Shown: positions 9,618 through 20,162, counted from the stretch's first letter. The stretch is DNA of 64,000 nt from a bacterium (GCA_021463645.1 JAJTYI010000001.1:33803-97802), one strand, 5' to 3'. The notes: generated by a model from the letters alone, not told the origin. Translations and numbers: made by a program.

Positions 9618-11137
9618 TCTCTAATCAAACTATTCCCTGTCATACCAGGAGACTTTTCCAGTCCTAGAAGTTCCAAGATAGTTGGAGCTATGTCGATTAG
9701 ACTCACCCCACGCTCTAATTCTACATTCATATTTCCCACCATTATGAACGGAACTTTTGACAAAGTATGTTGCGTATGAGGTTGATTGTTTTTGTAATCC
9801 CACATTATTTCAGAATTTCCATGATCAGCTGTTACCATTAATACATAATCATCAAGTTTATCTTTGATAACCTCGTAAATTTTTGAAAGACAGTGATCTA
9901 CAGACTCTGCCGAGACTACAGCTGCATGATAGTTCCCAGTATGTCCTACCATATCAGGACTACTTAAGTTTGCAACGATAAAATCATAAGCATCATGAGT
10001 TATGGCATTAGTAACTTCTTGAGTAATTTTATAGTTTCTCATAGTTGGTTCTAATGCATATTTTGGTTTTACATAACGATTTGATTCAAACATTTTCCAT
10101 GTTTCTTTCGGTAGTTCAGACTCTCTTTGTCCATTTAAGAAATATGTTAAATGAGGAAATTTCTCAGTTTCTGTTACATGTAATTGTTTTAAACCATTTT
10201 CTGAGATTACTTCAGCTAAAGTTCCACTCACATCATCTCTGGGGAACGCTATATTTAGGGTGTCAAATTCTTCGCTTGCTTTAACAAATGAAGTAATTTC
10301 AAAGCTTCGGATATCTTCTTGAAGAATTCTTTTGATAATTTGATACTGCCTGTCAGTTCTGAAATGAGTCATAATTAACCCGTCATTCTCAGACAACAAA
10401 TACTTTTTATCCAGTAAATATTGTTCGAAATACTCATCAGTTTGGTTTCGGTTATACTCCAAATTTACTACTGACTCCCAGCTTTCGATTTCATTACCCT
10501 TCCCTTTATAAATTAACTGGAATGCTTTGTCAGTTTTATCCCAATCTCTATCTCTGTCTAAAAATACTCTGCCTTGTAGGGTACTAATTGTGACTTTTAA
10601 TTTCTTCCTTTTGGTAATTTCTTTTTCTAACATCTTCATGTATTTACTTATCGATTTTGGAGCTACGTCTCTGCCATCCGAAAAAATGTGCAAACTAATT
10701 GGATAATCAAAACTAAGTTTTTCCAACATTTCTAATATCGCAAAGAGATGACGAATATGGCTGTGAACTCCACCATCACTTAAAATTCCCATCAAATGCA
10801 GAGTTGATTTGTTTTTTACGACGTAGTTAATCGTTTGTAATAATTCAGTGTTTGTGAAAAATTCTCCAGTTTCGATGTCTTTATCAATCTTTGGAAGTTC
10901 TTGCCAAATTACGCGACCAGAGCCAATCGTAAGATGATTAATCTCTGATGTACCAAATTGTCCTTCAGAAAGTCCAACAGATTCACCGTCAGTTTTAAGT
11001 GAAGTGTTGGGATATTCTCTAATCAATTTGTCGAAATTTGGAGTTTTTGCGTTATCGATTGCATTGAACTTGTCAGGAGGAGCAATTCCCCATCCATCCA
11101 TAATTACCAATACAACTTTTTTTCTCTTCTTAGTCAT
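9614..11137 (-). CDS. gpmI: 2,3-bisphosphoglycerate-independent phosphoglycerate mutase.
   Basis: VVLVIMDGWG, SDGGVHSH and TADHGN motifs. The start was set at the internal ATG at 11137 (MTKKRKK...), which removes the 26-nt overlap with eno. Confidence 0.9.
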   Translation of the reverse strand: MTKKRKKVVLVIMDGWGIAPPDKFNAIDNAKTPNFDKLIREYPNTSLKTDGESVGLSEGQFGTSEINHLTIGSGRVIWQELPKIDKDIETGEFFTNTELLQTINYVVKNKSTLHLMGILSDGGVHSHIRHLFAILEMLEKLSFDYPISLHIFSDGRDVAPKSISKYMKMLEKEITKRKKLKVTISTLQGRVFLDRDRDWDKTDKAFQLIYKGKGNEIESWESVVNLEYNRNQTDEYFEQYLLDKKYLLSENDGLIMTHFRTDRQYQIIKRILQEDIRSFEITSFVKASEEFDTLNIAFPRDDVSGTLAEVISENGLKQLHVTETEKFPHLTYFLNGQRESELPKETWKMFESNRYVKPKYALEPTMRNYKITQEVTNAITHDAYDFIVANLSSPDMVGHTGNYHAAVVSAESVDHCLSKIYEVIKDKLDDYVLMVTADHGNSEIMWDYKNNQPHTQHTLSKVPFIMVGNMNVELERGVSLIDIAPTILELLGLEKSPGMTGNSLIRD

Positions 11138-11138
11138 T

Positions 11139-12404
11139 TTATTTCTTTGATAAATTCCTCTCAATTTCCATCAATCTATTGTATTTCGAAACTCTCTCAC
11201 CTCGAGTAGGTCCGACTTTTATAAATTGACTTCCTACAGCGACTGCTAAATCAACCATAGCCGAATCATTGGTCTCACCACCACCTCGATGTGATGTAGT
11301 GGTCATCAGTCCATGTTTATTGGCTAACATACAAGTATCTACAGTTTCGGTTAGAGATCCTGCCTGGTTCAACTTGATAAGAATTGCTGAAATTGCCTTC
11401 ATGTCGATTGCTTTCTGAAGTCTTTCAAGGTTTGTAACGGTAAGGTCGTCGCCAATATGTACAATATTATGTTTATCCGTTATTGGTAACATCTTCACCC
11501 AGTTCTCCCAATCATCTTCATGTAACATATCTTCATAAGTGACGATTGGATATTTTTCTAGCCAGCTTTCATAATAAGCAATCAGCTCATCTGCTGTTAA
11601 GGTACGATTTTCTACTTTTAGATGATATTTTCCGTCCTCGTAAAACTCGCTTGCTGCGGCATCAATTGAAATACCAACATCTTTACCAGCTTCGTATCCT
11701 GCTTTTTCAATTGCTTGTGTAATGTATTTGAATGGTGCCTCATTATCTGGAATTCCATTTGGAGCGAATGCTCCTTCATTCCCAACATTTGTAGAAAGTT
11801 TGTTTTCTTTAAGTACCTTTTTTAATTGATGGTAAATTTCAATAACAATACGTACTTTTTCAGCAGCACTTTGATTTCCGATTGCAGAAACACAGAATTC
11901 TTGTAAATCAGTTGTATCATCTGCATGCTTTCCCCCTTCAATCATCACTATCATAGGTGCGGGAAGTTTAGAAAGATCCACACCTGTTTTGTATTTATCA
12001 ATAATGTATTGATAAAGTTCTTTACCCTCTAAACTTGCTGTTGCTCTAGCGACTGCCAACGAAACTGCAAGAATTGTATTTCCACCGAGATTGGCTTTGT
12101 TTGGTGTCCCATCAAGCTCAATCATCTTCTCGTCTATTAGTCTCTGGTCCCCGGATTCCATCCCAATTAACATTGGAGCAATCTTCTCATGAACATTTGA
12201 AATAGCATTTAAAACACCTTTTCCATCATAACGTTTTTTATCCTCGTCATTCAAAACAACTGCTTCGTGTGAGCCTGCTGAAGCCCCATAGGGTACGGAA
12301 GCGGCACCTTTATGACCTGAATCAAGAGTCACTTCGACTTCGAGAGTGGGATAACCACCTGATGCGAGGATTTCATACGCGTCTATCTGGGAAATTTTTG
12401 CCAT
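11139..12404 (-). CDS. eno: Enolase.
   Basis: MAKISQIDAYEILASGGYPTLEVEV...SHRGGGETND. 421 aa. Confidence 0.95.
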   Translation of the reverse strand: MAKISQIDAYEILASGGYPTLEVEVTLDSGHKGAASVPYGASAGSHEAVVLNDEDKKRYDGKGVLNAISNVHEKIAPMLIGMESGDQRLIDEKMIELDGTPNKANLGGNTILAVSLAVARATASLEGKELYQYIIDKYKTGVDLSKLPAPMIVMIEGGKHADDTTDLQEFCVSAIGNQSAAEKVRIVIEIYHQLKKVLKENKLSTNVGNEGAFAPNGIPDNEAPFKYITQAIEKAGYEAGKDVGISIDAAASEFYEDGKYHLKVENRTLTADELIAYYESWLEKYPIVTYEDMLHEDDWENWVKMLPITDKHNIVHIGDDLTVTNLERLQKAIDMKAISAILIKLNQAGSLTETVDTCMLANKHGLMTTTSHRGGGETNDSAMVDLAVAVGSQFIKVGPTRGERVSKYNRLMEIERNLSKK

Positions 12405-12552
12405 TTATATAACTATAAAATATAAAACCGTTGAATATTATATGCTTAATTAATTAGTAAAGTAAAACTGAACAAAAGATTAACAATTTTTTATTTTTTA
12501 TAAATTTTTGCGATTATTATGTGTTAATATTATTCATATTATTCTTATAACA

Positions 12553-13494
12553 ATGTTTACAGCACTATTTACCAGTTTCTTTGTTGTTATTCCGGTAGTA
12601 CTTTTTTTTCTTCTTGTACTTTCAGTCTTCACTGTTGAACAGCAAACTGTGGCTATTATCGAACGTTTTGGTAAATTTGTGCGAATGGCGAAACCAGGTT
12701 TAAACGTTAGAATTCCATTTATTGACAGGGTTGCAGGACGAGTAACATTGAGAATTCAACAGTTAGACGTAAAAGCTGAGACCAAAACAAAAGACAATGT
12801 TTTCGTAACAGTTATTGTCTCTGTTCAATATTATATTCTTCCAGAGAAAGTCTACGAAGCTTTTTATAAATTGAATAATCCAGCATTACAAATAAACTCT
12901 TATGTCTTTGATACTATCAGGGCGAGAGTACCAAAGATAACATTAGACGAGCTGTTTGAAAGAAAAGAAGAAATTGCTCAAGCAGTAAAGGAAGAGTTAA
13001 ATGAAACCATGGTCAACTTCGGTTTCGAAATTTTAAACTCATTAGTAACTGACATCGAACCTGACATGAAAGTAAAAGAAGCTATGAATGAAATCAATGC
13101 AGCGCAAAGATTGAGAGTAGCCGCAAGCGAGAAAGGAGAAGCAGAGAAAATCATCAAAGTTAAAGCTGCGGAAGCGGACGCTGAATCAAAAGCATTACAA
13201 GGTAAAGGTATCGCTGATCAAAGACGCGCAATCATTGAAGGTCTTAAGGAATCTGTAGATAACTTCCAGAAAAGTATTCCTGATTCAAGTGCTCAAGATG
13301 TTATGAATCTCGTACTAATGACTCAATATTTCGACACTTTGAAGGAAATCGGAGCGGATTCAAAAACTAATACATTGCTTATCCCTCATGGTCCTGGTGC
13401 TATGCATAATCTTTCAGATCAGCTCAGGGAGGCGATGATTACATCAAACGTTGTGAACAATAGCTCTAAACATCCAAATGGGTATCCTTCATGA
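12553..13494 (+). CDS. SPFH/band-7 (stomatin/prohibitin-like) membrane protein.
   Basis: TM anchor, then VEQQTVAIIERFGKF...GLNVRIPFIDRV and an A/E/K-rich coiled C-terminus. The ATG at 12553 is preferred over the TTG at 12508. Confidence 0.85.
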   Translation: MFTALFTSFFVVIPVVLFFLLVLSVFTVEQQTVAIIERFGKFVRMAKPGLNVRIPFIDRVAGRVTLRIQQLDVKAETKTKDNVFVTVIVSVQYYILPEKVYEAFYKLNNPALQINSYVFDTIRARVPKITLDELFERKEEIAQAVKEELNETMVNFGFEILNSLVTDIEPDMKVKEAMNEINAAQRLRVAASEKGEAEKIIKVKAAEADAESKALQGKGIADQRRAIIEGLKESVDNFQKSIPDSSAQDVMNLVLMTQYFDTLKEIGADSKTNTLLIPHGPGAMHNLSDQLREAMITSNVVNNSSKHPNGYPS

Positions 13495-13891
13495 ATTTGA
13501 AGGATTTAGAGACCATTCCTCGGAGTACGGACATTTCAATTTCCGATAGTCTTTTTACATAAAGACAACCGACACTGACTTTGTGTTTACCTAATTTTTC
13601 AAGGTCATCTTTGTACTTATCAAAACCATCCATGAAATACAGAGTGAGTTGTTGTTTGCGGGGAGAAAATCCGATGAGGGGCCAGTCACCTTCCTGTTTA
13701 CTTCTTTCTGATTTGTAGTGATAAGTTCCGAACCCTATTATGCTATCCCCCCACATTACTGCTTTTTCACCAGTAACATCTTCGTATAATTTCAGCAAAA
13801 CCAAACTATCTTCTCGCTTTTCATCACTCTCCACAGTGTTAATAAAATCCATCACACTAGAATCATTTTTTTTAGTCTTTAATTCTGCCAT
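13466..13891 (-). CDS. DUF1801 (YdhG-like) domain protein.
   Basis: The DFINTVESDEKREDSLVLLKLYEDVTGEKAVMWGDSIIGFG...FSPRKQQLTLYF pattern is typical of this family. Confidence 0.65.
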   Translation of the reverse strand: MAELKTKKNDSSVMDFINTVESDEKREDSLVLLKLYEDVTGEKAVMWGDSIIGFGTYHYKSERSKQEGDWPLIGFSPRKQQLTLYFMDGFDKYKDDLEKLGKHKVSVGCLYVKRLSEIEMSVLRGMVSKSFKFMKDTHLDV

Positions 13892-14558
13892 TTTTATTTG
13901 TTAATAATTTATTTCTAAAAGCTTCAATGAAAAATACAGTACCTATCATTTCAAGTCCTTCTTCAATTCCAACAAAAAGTACATAAATTGTGGAACCGTA
14001 AGTCTGTCCGCCTATGACTTCCACTCCAATTACAGTAATATAGGTAATGATTCCCAGAAGTAGCAATAATTTGACCCTTATATCCTTTTCATTGATAACT
14101 TCCCTTATTATAAATAACGTAATTAATAGAAATATTATACCCAATGTAAAAACCCACGATAATGAAGCGAGTTCGTTCAGAAAATTATTTCCAGAAAAGT
14201 TCTTTTTAAATAAATCATTCAAATATTCGTGTATTGAGAAATATTCATCAAATGCTAAACCCCAGAATATTAATATCCACAAGAAATCGTGTAACTTTTT
14301 GCTTTTCAAGAAATATTCAAGAGCAAGAATTCCACAGTAAAACGCAAAACTTACTGTCAAAATACTCGCAAGAGTTAGTTCTTCATCCATATAGAACATG
14401 CTAGTACTCATATTTAGGACCTTTAACGGATGCAGTAAAAAGTGGAACAAGACAGTTAACAATGAGGCAAGGAAGAATACTCTTGAAACAGTGCTAAATT
14501 TTATTTCTTTCAATGTCTTCACCTGGTAATCGTAATTAACAATTAATAATTTTATCAT
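13872..14558 (-). CDS. Polytopic membrane protein, hypothetical.
   Basis: About 6 hydrophobic helices. 20-nt overlap with the downstream gene. Confidence 0.5.
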   Translation of the reverse strand: MIKLLIVNYDYQVKTLKEIKFSTVSRVFFLASLLTVLFHFLLHPLKVLNMSTSMFYMDEELTLASILTVSFAFYCGILALEYFLKSKKLHDFLWILIFWGLAFDEYFSIHEYLNDLFKKNFSGNNFLNELASLSWVFTLGIIFLLITLFIIREVINEKDIRVKLLLLLGIITYITVIGVEVIGGQTYGSTIYVLFVGIEEGLEMIGTVFFIEAFRNKLLTNKNGRIKD

Positions 14559-14664
14559 TTATAGAAATAAAAGCCGATAGAAAGATGTTTACTAGCAGAT
14601 TAACCCAACTTTGTGTTACGGAATTTTATCTGTTATAAGTATTTGGTTATTAAAATATTTAAAA

Positions 14665-14964
14665 ATGGATGACTTTCAAAAATTATTCGCGATTAATAAA
14701 TATTTAAGTAATAAGTTCGGCAACGACGATCCTTTCCAAATTGTCACAAGACTTGCAGAAGAAACAGGAGAAATCGCCGAACAGATTAATCATTTTGAAG
14801 GAATTGGAATAAAAAAAGATAAGCACGGTGACCCTAACAAATACGATCTAGCAAGTGAGGTTAGAGATGTGATAATTGTAGCTCTACAAATCGCAATGCG
14901 TTATGGAGTTGAGGATGAGTTAAAGAAATCAATTAACGACTTCTACAAAAAGACGATATCTTGA
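14665..14964 (+). CDS. MazG-like nucleotide pyrophosphohydrolase domain protein.
   Basis: RLAEETGEIAEQINHFEG and EVRDVIIVALQIA helices match the EExxE..E/D pattern. The ATG at 14665 is preferred. Confidence 0.6.
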   Translation: MDDFQKLFAINKYLSNKFGNDDPFQIVTRLAEETGEIAEQINHFEGIGIKKDKHGDPNKYDLASEVRDVIIVALQIAMRYGVEDELKKSINDFYKKTIS

Positions 14965-14983
14965 TAAGTTTTATTCCTCGAGA

Positions 14984-15712
14984 TTATTCGACTATAAAAT
15001 CCAAAGTATACTCATAAAGTTTTTCAAGAACACCTTCCTCATAGAAAGTGTGGGTCGCACCTTCGACAATTTTATAAGGAAATTTTCCTTCAATTTGTTT
15101 TAACCATTCGTCTTTGATGTTGTAAGCACCAGCGAAGATGAAATAACTATTGGGTTGGACATCTTGAATATAGTTATCAATATTAGAAGCAGCTTTCCAA
15201 TCTTCTATCATTTCTTTTGACAATATATTTACCAGACCTCGATATAACAAATACTTATCAAGGTGTTCGTTATAAATTGCTCCTTTTTCTTCTAAAGATT
15301 TCATGCCCTTTGTTGGATCCCAATAGATGAATTTATTAATCCCCTCTAAACCAGCCTTCATAACAACATAACATCCCATACTATGGCTTATTATATTTAA
15401 CTCAGAGTAACTATCCTGAAAATATTCCACTACCTGTCTTAAGTCGTCTACGTGATTCTTAATTGAGACCTCGGAAATTTGTCTAGCATTTTTCCGTGGG
15501 CTGTATAAATCGAAGCGAAATGTGTCATAACCTTTATCATTGAAATATCTTGGTGCGTTGTTGTAGTGATGTTCGGTTTGATTTCCTGTTAATCCGTGTA
15601 CGAAAATAATCAACTTATCAGTTTTCTTTGAGGAGTTGAGATGCCCGTAAACCGTAAATCCGTCTTTGGTTGTGAGGTGGATTTGTTTTTCCATTATTTC
15701 CCCGAAACCCAT
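14984..15712 (-). CDS. Alpha/beta-fold hydrolase.
   Basis: IIFVHGLTG oxyanion region, a nucleophile elbow ISHSMGC (GxSxG-like) and a C-terminal GATH. An alternative ATG at 15694 overlaps the upstream stop by 1 nt. Confidence 0.75.
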   Translation of the reverse strand: MGFGEIMEKQIHLTTKDGFTVYGHLNSSKKTDKLIIFVHGLTGNQTEHHYNNAPRYFNDKGYDTFRFDLYSPRKNARQISEVSIKNHVDDLRQVVEYFQDSYSELNIISHSMGCYVVMKAGLEGINKFIYWDPTKGMKSLEEKGAIYNEHLDKYLLYRGLVNILSKEMIEDWKAASNIDNYIQDVQPNSYFIFAGAYNIKDEWLKQIEGKFPYKIVEGATHTFYEEGVLEKLYEYTLDFIVE

Positions 15713-16077
15713 TTTAAAGCTACATCCATGTCATCAAAATATCTTGTCTCAAAAGTGTTTTTGTCCTTAATTTTTTGATCTGCATAGTTTGATACATCAT
15801 TAACCACAAAAGCAAATCGCTTAAGTCTTATTTGATTATAGACTGTGACAATATTTTGATCTCTCCAACTACTTATTTCAGGGGTTAATTTAAAGCCGAA
15901 ATTTCTCATATCAACTAATATCCCTTCAGGCTTATATTCTTCAACATAGGAACGAAAATCTAAAGCTTCTCTCTGAAAGTCTTTGTCTTTCATGTTTTTA
16001 GTTTCACTTTTCCATATCAACTGTAGAGATTTACCCTCAACTATTACATCTTTGAATTTATTACTAAAATTTTTCAT
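15694..16077 (-). CDS. Hypothetical protein (possibly STAS/SpoIIAA-like fold).
   Basis: 127-aa ORF in an operon context. No diagnostic motif was found. Confidence 0.45.
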   Translation of the reverse strand: MKNFSNKFKDVIVEGKSLQLIWKSETKNMKDKDFQREALDFRSYVEEYKPEGILVDMRNFGFKLTPEISSWRDQNIVTVYNQIRLKRFAFVVNDVSNYADQKIKDKNTFETRYFDDMDVALKWVSGK

Positions 16078-16101
16078 AACTGTCTCTCAAAATATAAAAT
16101 A

Positions 16102-16557
16102 TTATCTATTTAGTTTAACTAATACTCTTTTATCTTCATCACCATCGGGGTCGAGTATATAAAACTTCTCGGGAATTAACTTACAAAGTCGATACTTAAA
16201 GGGTTCCCTTAAACTCTCTTTTTTCAATTCAATAAAAGTGGTTTGATAATATTTAAGTCCTTCATCAATTTTTTCATCTTTCAGTATTTCAACTCTTCCA
16301 CTCCCTTGAATTCCATTACCTTCACCTTCTCTCTGATGTGAATCAAAAATTGTAAAAGCGACTTTTGGGTTGATTAATACGTTTTCAACATGCAAAGTAT
16401 CAATTTGCGAGATGAAGTAAATATTGAAGTGTTTATCTATACGATAATACAATGTACAGACCCAGGGCTCCTCGCCATTTATTGTAGCTAGTGACAAATA
16501 ATTATTTGAATTAATTATCTCTATAAATCGATTTTTAATTTTTTCTACTTTATTCAA
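16102..16557 (-). CDS. Pyridoxamine 5'-phosphate oxidase-like FMN-binding split-barrel protein.
   Basis: Size and strand pattern (LSLATINGEEPWVCTLYY...NIYFIS...NPKVAFTIFD). Confidence 0.5.
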   Translation of the reverse strand: MNKVEKIKNRFIEIINSNNYLSLATINGEEPWVCTLYYRIDKHFNIYFISQIDTLHVENVLINPKVAFTIFDSHQREGEGNGIQGSGRVEILKDEKIDEGLKYYQTTFIELKKESLREPFKYRLCKLIPEKFYILDPDGDEDKRVLVKLNR

Positions 16558-16575
16558 TATAAATCAGGTAGTCAA

Positions 16576-16896
16576 TTACACAAAAATATCATTATCTTTA
16601 TTAAATTCAGGGCTTGAAATCAAAAAGTATTTCATCTCCCCTTCCATTTCATATTCAGTCATCTTTGGGATATAGACCAAATCTTCACTTTTTACTGAAT
16701 GTACTTGTTTACCAACAGTAAATTTGCCATGCCCTGAGATAATGAAGTAAATTCTATCTTCAATTTTATTTTTGATTCTAGGATGTTTGCCACTCAAAGA
16801 GATAAGAGATCCACTAAAATTCTTGTTAATGTTATATTCTGCGATGTGCATATTTTCACGAACTTTTTTGTTGATTTTTTCGGAATTTATAAACAT
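16576..16896 (-). CDS. Cupin-domain protein.
   Basis: The GKH...ED.IYFIISGHG...D.VYIP pattern fits cupin motifs 1 and 2. Confidence 0.55.
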   Translation of the reverse strand: MFINSEKINKKVRENMHIAEYNINKNFSGSLISLSGKHPRIKNKIEDRIYFIISGHGKFTVGKQVHSVKSEDLVYIPKMTEYEMEGEMKYFLISSPEFNKDNDIFV

Positions 16897-17044
16897 TTTA
16901 GGAATTTAAAAGCGGTTACTACTTATATATCACAAATAAATTTAAAATGTTACTGATTATTTACAATCAATTTAAACAAATTCAATAAACCTAGAAGTAT
17001 AATATACTTCAAAAATAATTATTTCCCATTTTTAACGATTAACC

Positions 17045-17878
17045 ATGGCAAGATGGAGCAAAATTTCTAGCAGAGGTAATGTTGAAGATAGAAGGTCACT
17101 CGGACCTGTTGCAATTGGTGGAATCAGTTTGACCGGAGTTGCACTGATGTTTTTGATGAATTATCTAAATGGAGGAACAGTCGAGAGTGGTTTGAATGAA
17201 GTATTAAATACTGTTTTACAGCAACAAACTCAAACACAACAAGTTGCAGATGACACATCGGAATTTGCAGGAGAAGATCCTTACGAAGAATTCGCATCTA
17301 CTGTTTTAGGTTCAAACAACGAGGCTTGGCTGAATGAATTCGATGAGATGGATGAATTCTATGAAGAACCACGACTTGTACTATTCCGACAATCAACTCA
17401 GTCTGCTTGTGGTGTTGCATCTTCACAGGTCGGACCTCACTATTGTCCAGCTGACAAGACGATCTATCTAGATGAGACATTCTTCGATGAATTAACCAGT
17501 AGATTTGGAGCACAAGGAGGAGATGTAGCTCAGGCATATGTGATTTCTCATGAAGTCGGGCACCATGTTCAAAATTTATTGGGTGATTTGGGTAGACTTT
17601 CTCTTGGAGATAACGAAACTTCTGTAGCGATAGAACTCCAAGCTGACTGCTACGCTGGTGTTTGGGCGAATTCTTTGATTGATGATGATGTATTCGAACC
17701 AGGTGAAATCAGAGAAGCGATGGATGCCGCTGCCGCAGTTGGTGACGACAGAATCCAAGAGAAAATCCAGGGGTACTCAAACCCTGAGACATTTACCCAC
17801 GGCTCGTCTGAGGAACGTGAGGCTTGGTTTACAAAGGGTTATGATACAGGGGAAGCTGAGGTTTGTGATACGATTTAA
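17045..17878 (+). CDS. ypfJ: YpfJ-family putative zinc metalloprotease.
   Basis: MARWSKISSRGNVEDRRS N-terminus, GPHYCPADKTIYLD and a HEVGHHVQ zinc motif. Sampled 60-nt lines are about 52% G+C, against roughly 30% in sampled neighbouring lines. Confidence 0.8.
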   Translation: MARWSKISSRGNVEDRRSLGPVAIGGISLTGVALMFLMNYLNGGTVESGLNEVLNTVLQQQTQTQQVADDTSEFAGEDPYEEFASTVLGSNNEAWLNEFDEMDEFYEEPRLVLFRQSTQSACGVASSQVGPHYCPADKTIYLDETFFDELTSRFGAQGGDVAQAYVISHEVGHHVQNLLGDLGRLSLGDNETSVAIELQADCYAGVWANSLIDDDVFEPGEIREAMDAAAAVGDDRIQEKIQGYSNPETFTHGSSEEREAWFTKGYDTGEAEVCDTI

Positions 17879-17981
17879 TAGATAGGAGCTATACGACCAA
17901 GCTCATCGATAAGTATTTAAGTAATGGATTACGTTCTTTATTTATTCAAAAATCATCCAATTATCATACGTTTGTTGATTT

Positions 17982-18761
17982 CTATTTAGTAAACTCAAAC
18001 GAAGAGATAATTGTGTCTAGGTCTTCTTCACCAATAAGTTGGTAAGTTTCAAAGTTGATTAGCGATGCTATAGCGATATTAACGCTGTTTTCTTCTGCTG
18101 TTTTCATCATTAAAAAATCACCTTTCCAATCAGGTACATGTGACGTGTTGCTGCCTACTGGATATGTGTAACTCTCAGAAACCTTCCACTTGTCATCATC
18201 CATAAAATATCCTGTTGACCAACAGAAAGCGCCATCACCATTTGTTTCAAGAATTTCAAATGCTATAAGTTGATTAGGGTCAGAAGTATTCTGTAGTATA
18301 GGACCTCGGCATTTCTCAGACATCATTTTACCTTTTGACCAACCTTCTACATCTCCATTCTCAACATAAGATGTTTGCGCTCTGAATTTATCTGGTACTT
18401 TTTCTGTAACCTCCCAATTATTTGGAAGAAGGAATGTAAATCTTCCATTCGGATCTGTATATAGATTATCATTTTCAGTAGGCAAAACTGGCTCTGTTGG
18501 TGAAACCTGAACAGTTACATCTTCAGTAGTAATTTCATCATCTGAAATTTGTTGTTTGAGTGTGGAAATTTCATTTTCCATAGTACTCATACTTTTTTCA
18601 TTAGAAGTTTTTTGCCAGTAATACACCAATAACCCGGTTACAATAGCAGTCAATAGAACGCTAATTATCACAATTATGATGATATTATATTTTCGAGGAT
18701 TGGAATTTTGCACACTTTCCTCACCTTGATTAGGTATTTGAGACATTGTTTCGTTTGCCAT
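17982..18761 (-). CDS. Membrane-anchored hypothetical protein.
   Basis: Single TM (IIIIVIISVLLTAIVTGLLVYYW) followed by a soluble domain. No family was recognised. Confidence 0.5.
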   Translation of the reverse strand: MANETMSQIPNQGEESVQNSNPRKYNIIIIVIISVLLTAIVTGLLVYYWQKTSNEKSMSTMENEISTLKQQISDDEITTEDVTVQVSPTEPVLPTENDNLYTDPNGRFTFLLPNNWEVTEKVPDKFRAQTSYVENGDVEGWSKGKMMSEKCRGPILQNTSDPNQLIAFEILETNGDGAFCWSTGYFMDDDKWKVSESYTYPVGSNTSHVPDWKGDFLMMKTAEENSVNIAIASLINFETYQLIGEEDLDTIISSFEFTK

Positions 18762-18860
18762 AGTTAAACTTAAATATTTTAAAGTAATAAATTTCTACTT
18801 ATGGATATAGTTACATAACTTTGATAATAAATCCACTAGGTAAAAATTACGAAATTTTTA

Positions 18861-19784
18861 TTAATTTTCTAAGTAGGCCTTAAGTAATGGAGTGATTTCC
18901 TTACGCATAATAATCCCCTCTCTTTGCGCAATTTCTGTTTCGAATTTAATATTCAATACACTCTCTAAAACGTCTTGAGTATTTTTGTTATTAGCCAGAA
19001 AGTAATTCCTTCCGATTTCAATATCAATGCAAGTCAGAAATACATACTCTAAATCCCTATCTATCTTTAAACCGTTCATAATACTTTTTAATTCAAGAAA
19101 GTTCTCATTGACAAACTCCTCTGCATTTACAATCTCAAGCTGTGCAATTCCTACTTTGATGCCTCGAAATTCTGGGGTTGAAAAGTCTCCTTCGATTATT
19201 TCGGAAAGTGGTTGGGTAAATGTAGATTTGAATTTGAACATTTCATGTATGTAGTTACCTGGCAGTTCGAATTGACTTTGTAACCAATCAGACATTTTAT
19301 GATCTCTATCTGTTGTGACATTTGCCTTGAAATTGATGGTGTTTGATACAATAGCACTATAGAGCAATGCTGCAGACTCTTTTGATATTGCGGTTCCATA
19401 GTTATGGAACTTCTCAGCGATAAGTGTCGCTGCAGAGCCAACTAGCTCAATTTGCACCTTCGCATTTGGGAATTTATCAGCTTCATTTACTTTTCTGTGA
19501 TCGATTATTTCTATTACTTTTTCTGGATTAATTTTATCGGACAATCCCCTGATATCACTTGCGTCAACAATAATTATTGAATCGATCTCGTTATTGAGAT
19601 CATCAGCATCAGCTAACGGCTCGATATCGAATTTATCAAATACGAACTGCGCTTCTCTGTGCATTTTTCCATATATTCCCGCAACTACATCACCCCCATT
19701 CTTGTTTAAGAATTCTGCATATGCATAAGCACAAGCTGTTCCGTCTAGGTCTGGATTTTCATATGCGGTGATTAGCGTTTTCAT
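18861..19784 (-). CDS. DHH/DHHA2-family phosphoesterase (family II inorganic pyrophosphatase-like).
   Basis: NPDLDGTACAYAYAEFL, IIVDASD and IIDHRKV (a DHR variant of DHH). 307 aa. Confidence 0.65.
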   Translation of the reverse strand: MKTLITAYENPDLDGTACAYAYAEFLNKNGGDVVAGIYGKMHREAQFVFDKFDIEPLADADDLNNEIDSIIIVDASDIRGLSDKINPEKVIEIIDHRKVNEADKFPNAKVQIELVGSAATLIAEKFHNYGTAISKESAALLYSAIVSNTINFKANVTTDRDHKMSDWLQSQFELPGNYIHEMFKFKSTFTQPLSEIIEGDFSTPEFRGIKVGIAQLEIVNAEEFVNENFLELKSIMNGLKIDRDLEYVFLTCIDIEIGRNYFLANNKNTQDVLESVLNIKFETEIAQREGIIMRKEITPLLKAYLEN

Positions 19785-19808
19785 AAATTGATAATTATAT
19801 TTATGTAA

Positions 19809-20126
19809 CTATTTAATCATTATTAACACCATTTTAAATCTTTCGATCGCTTTTAATGCGTGAGGTTCATTTGCTTTCATTAATATTGTTTCCCCAGCTT
19901 TTACTTTGTGTTTCTTCCCCGAGATTGTAACTTCAGCTGATCCATCAGTTACAATAACCATAGCGTCATAGGGCGACTTATGTTCACTTAGTCCTTGTTC
20001 GAAATCGAATGCGAACAGGGTAATATTTCCAGAAGGCTTTTTAACAATTTCTCGACTAACTACTGACCCTTCTTGGTAATTTATTAGTTCGTTAAGATTT
20101 TTGGCTGTGTCCATTATATTTATCAA
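19809..20126 (-). CDS. Cupin-domain protein.
   Basis: HKSPYDAMVIVTDGSAEVTI...GETILMKANEPHALKA fits the cupin motifs. Confidence 0.6.
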   Translation of the reverse strand: MINIMDTAKNLNELINYQEGSVVSREIVKKPSGNITLFAFDFEQGLSEHKSPYDAMVIVTDGSAEVTISGKKHKVKAGETILMKANEPHALKAIERFKMVLIMIK

Positions 20127-20162
20127 TAAAATAAGTGGTTAGATATTACTCAATTCTTGAAG

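Noticed and set aside
11139-11164. Apparent 26-nt overlap of gpmI with eno, and similar long N-terminal extensions at 8844, 8883, 12508, 14611, 48425 and 59517.
   Set aside because: These are explained by the ORF finder taking the most upstream start (often GTG or TTG). Internal ATGs give canonical N-termini and remove the overlaps.
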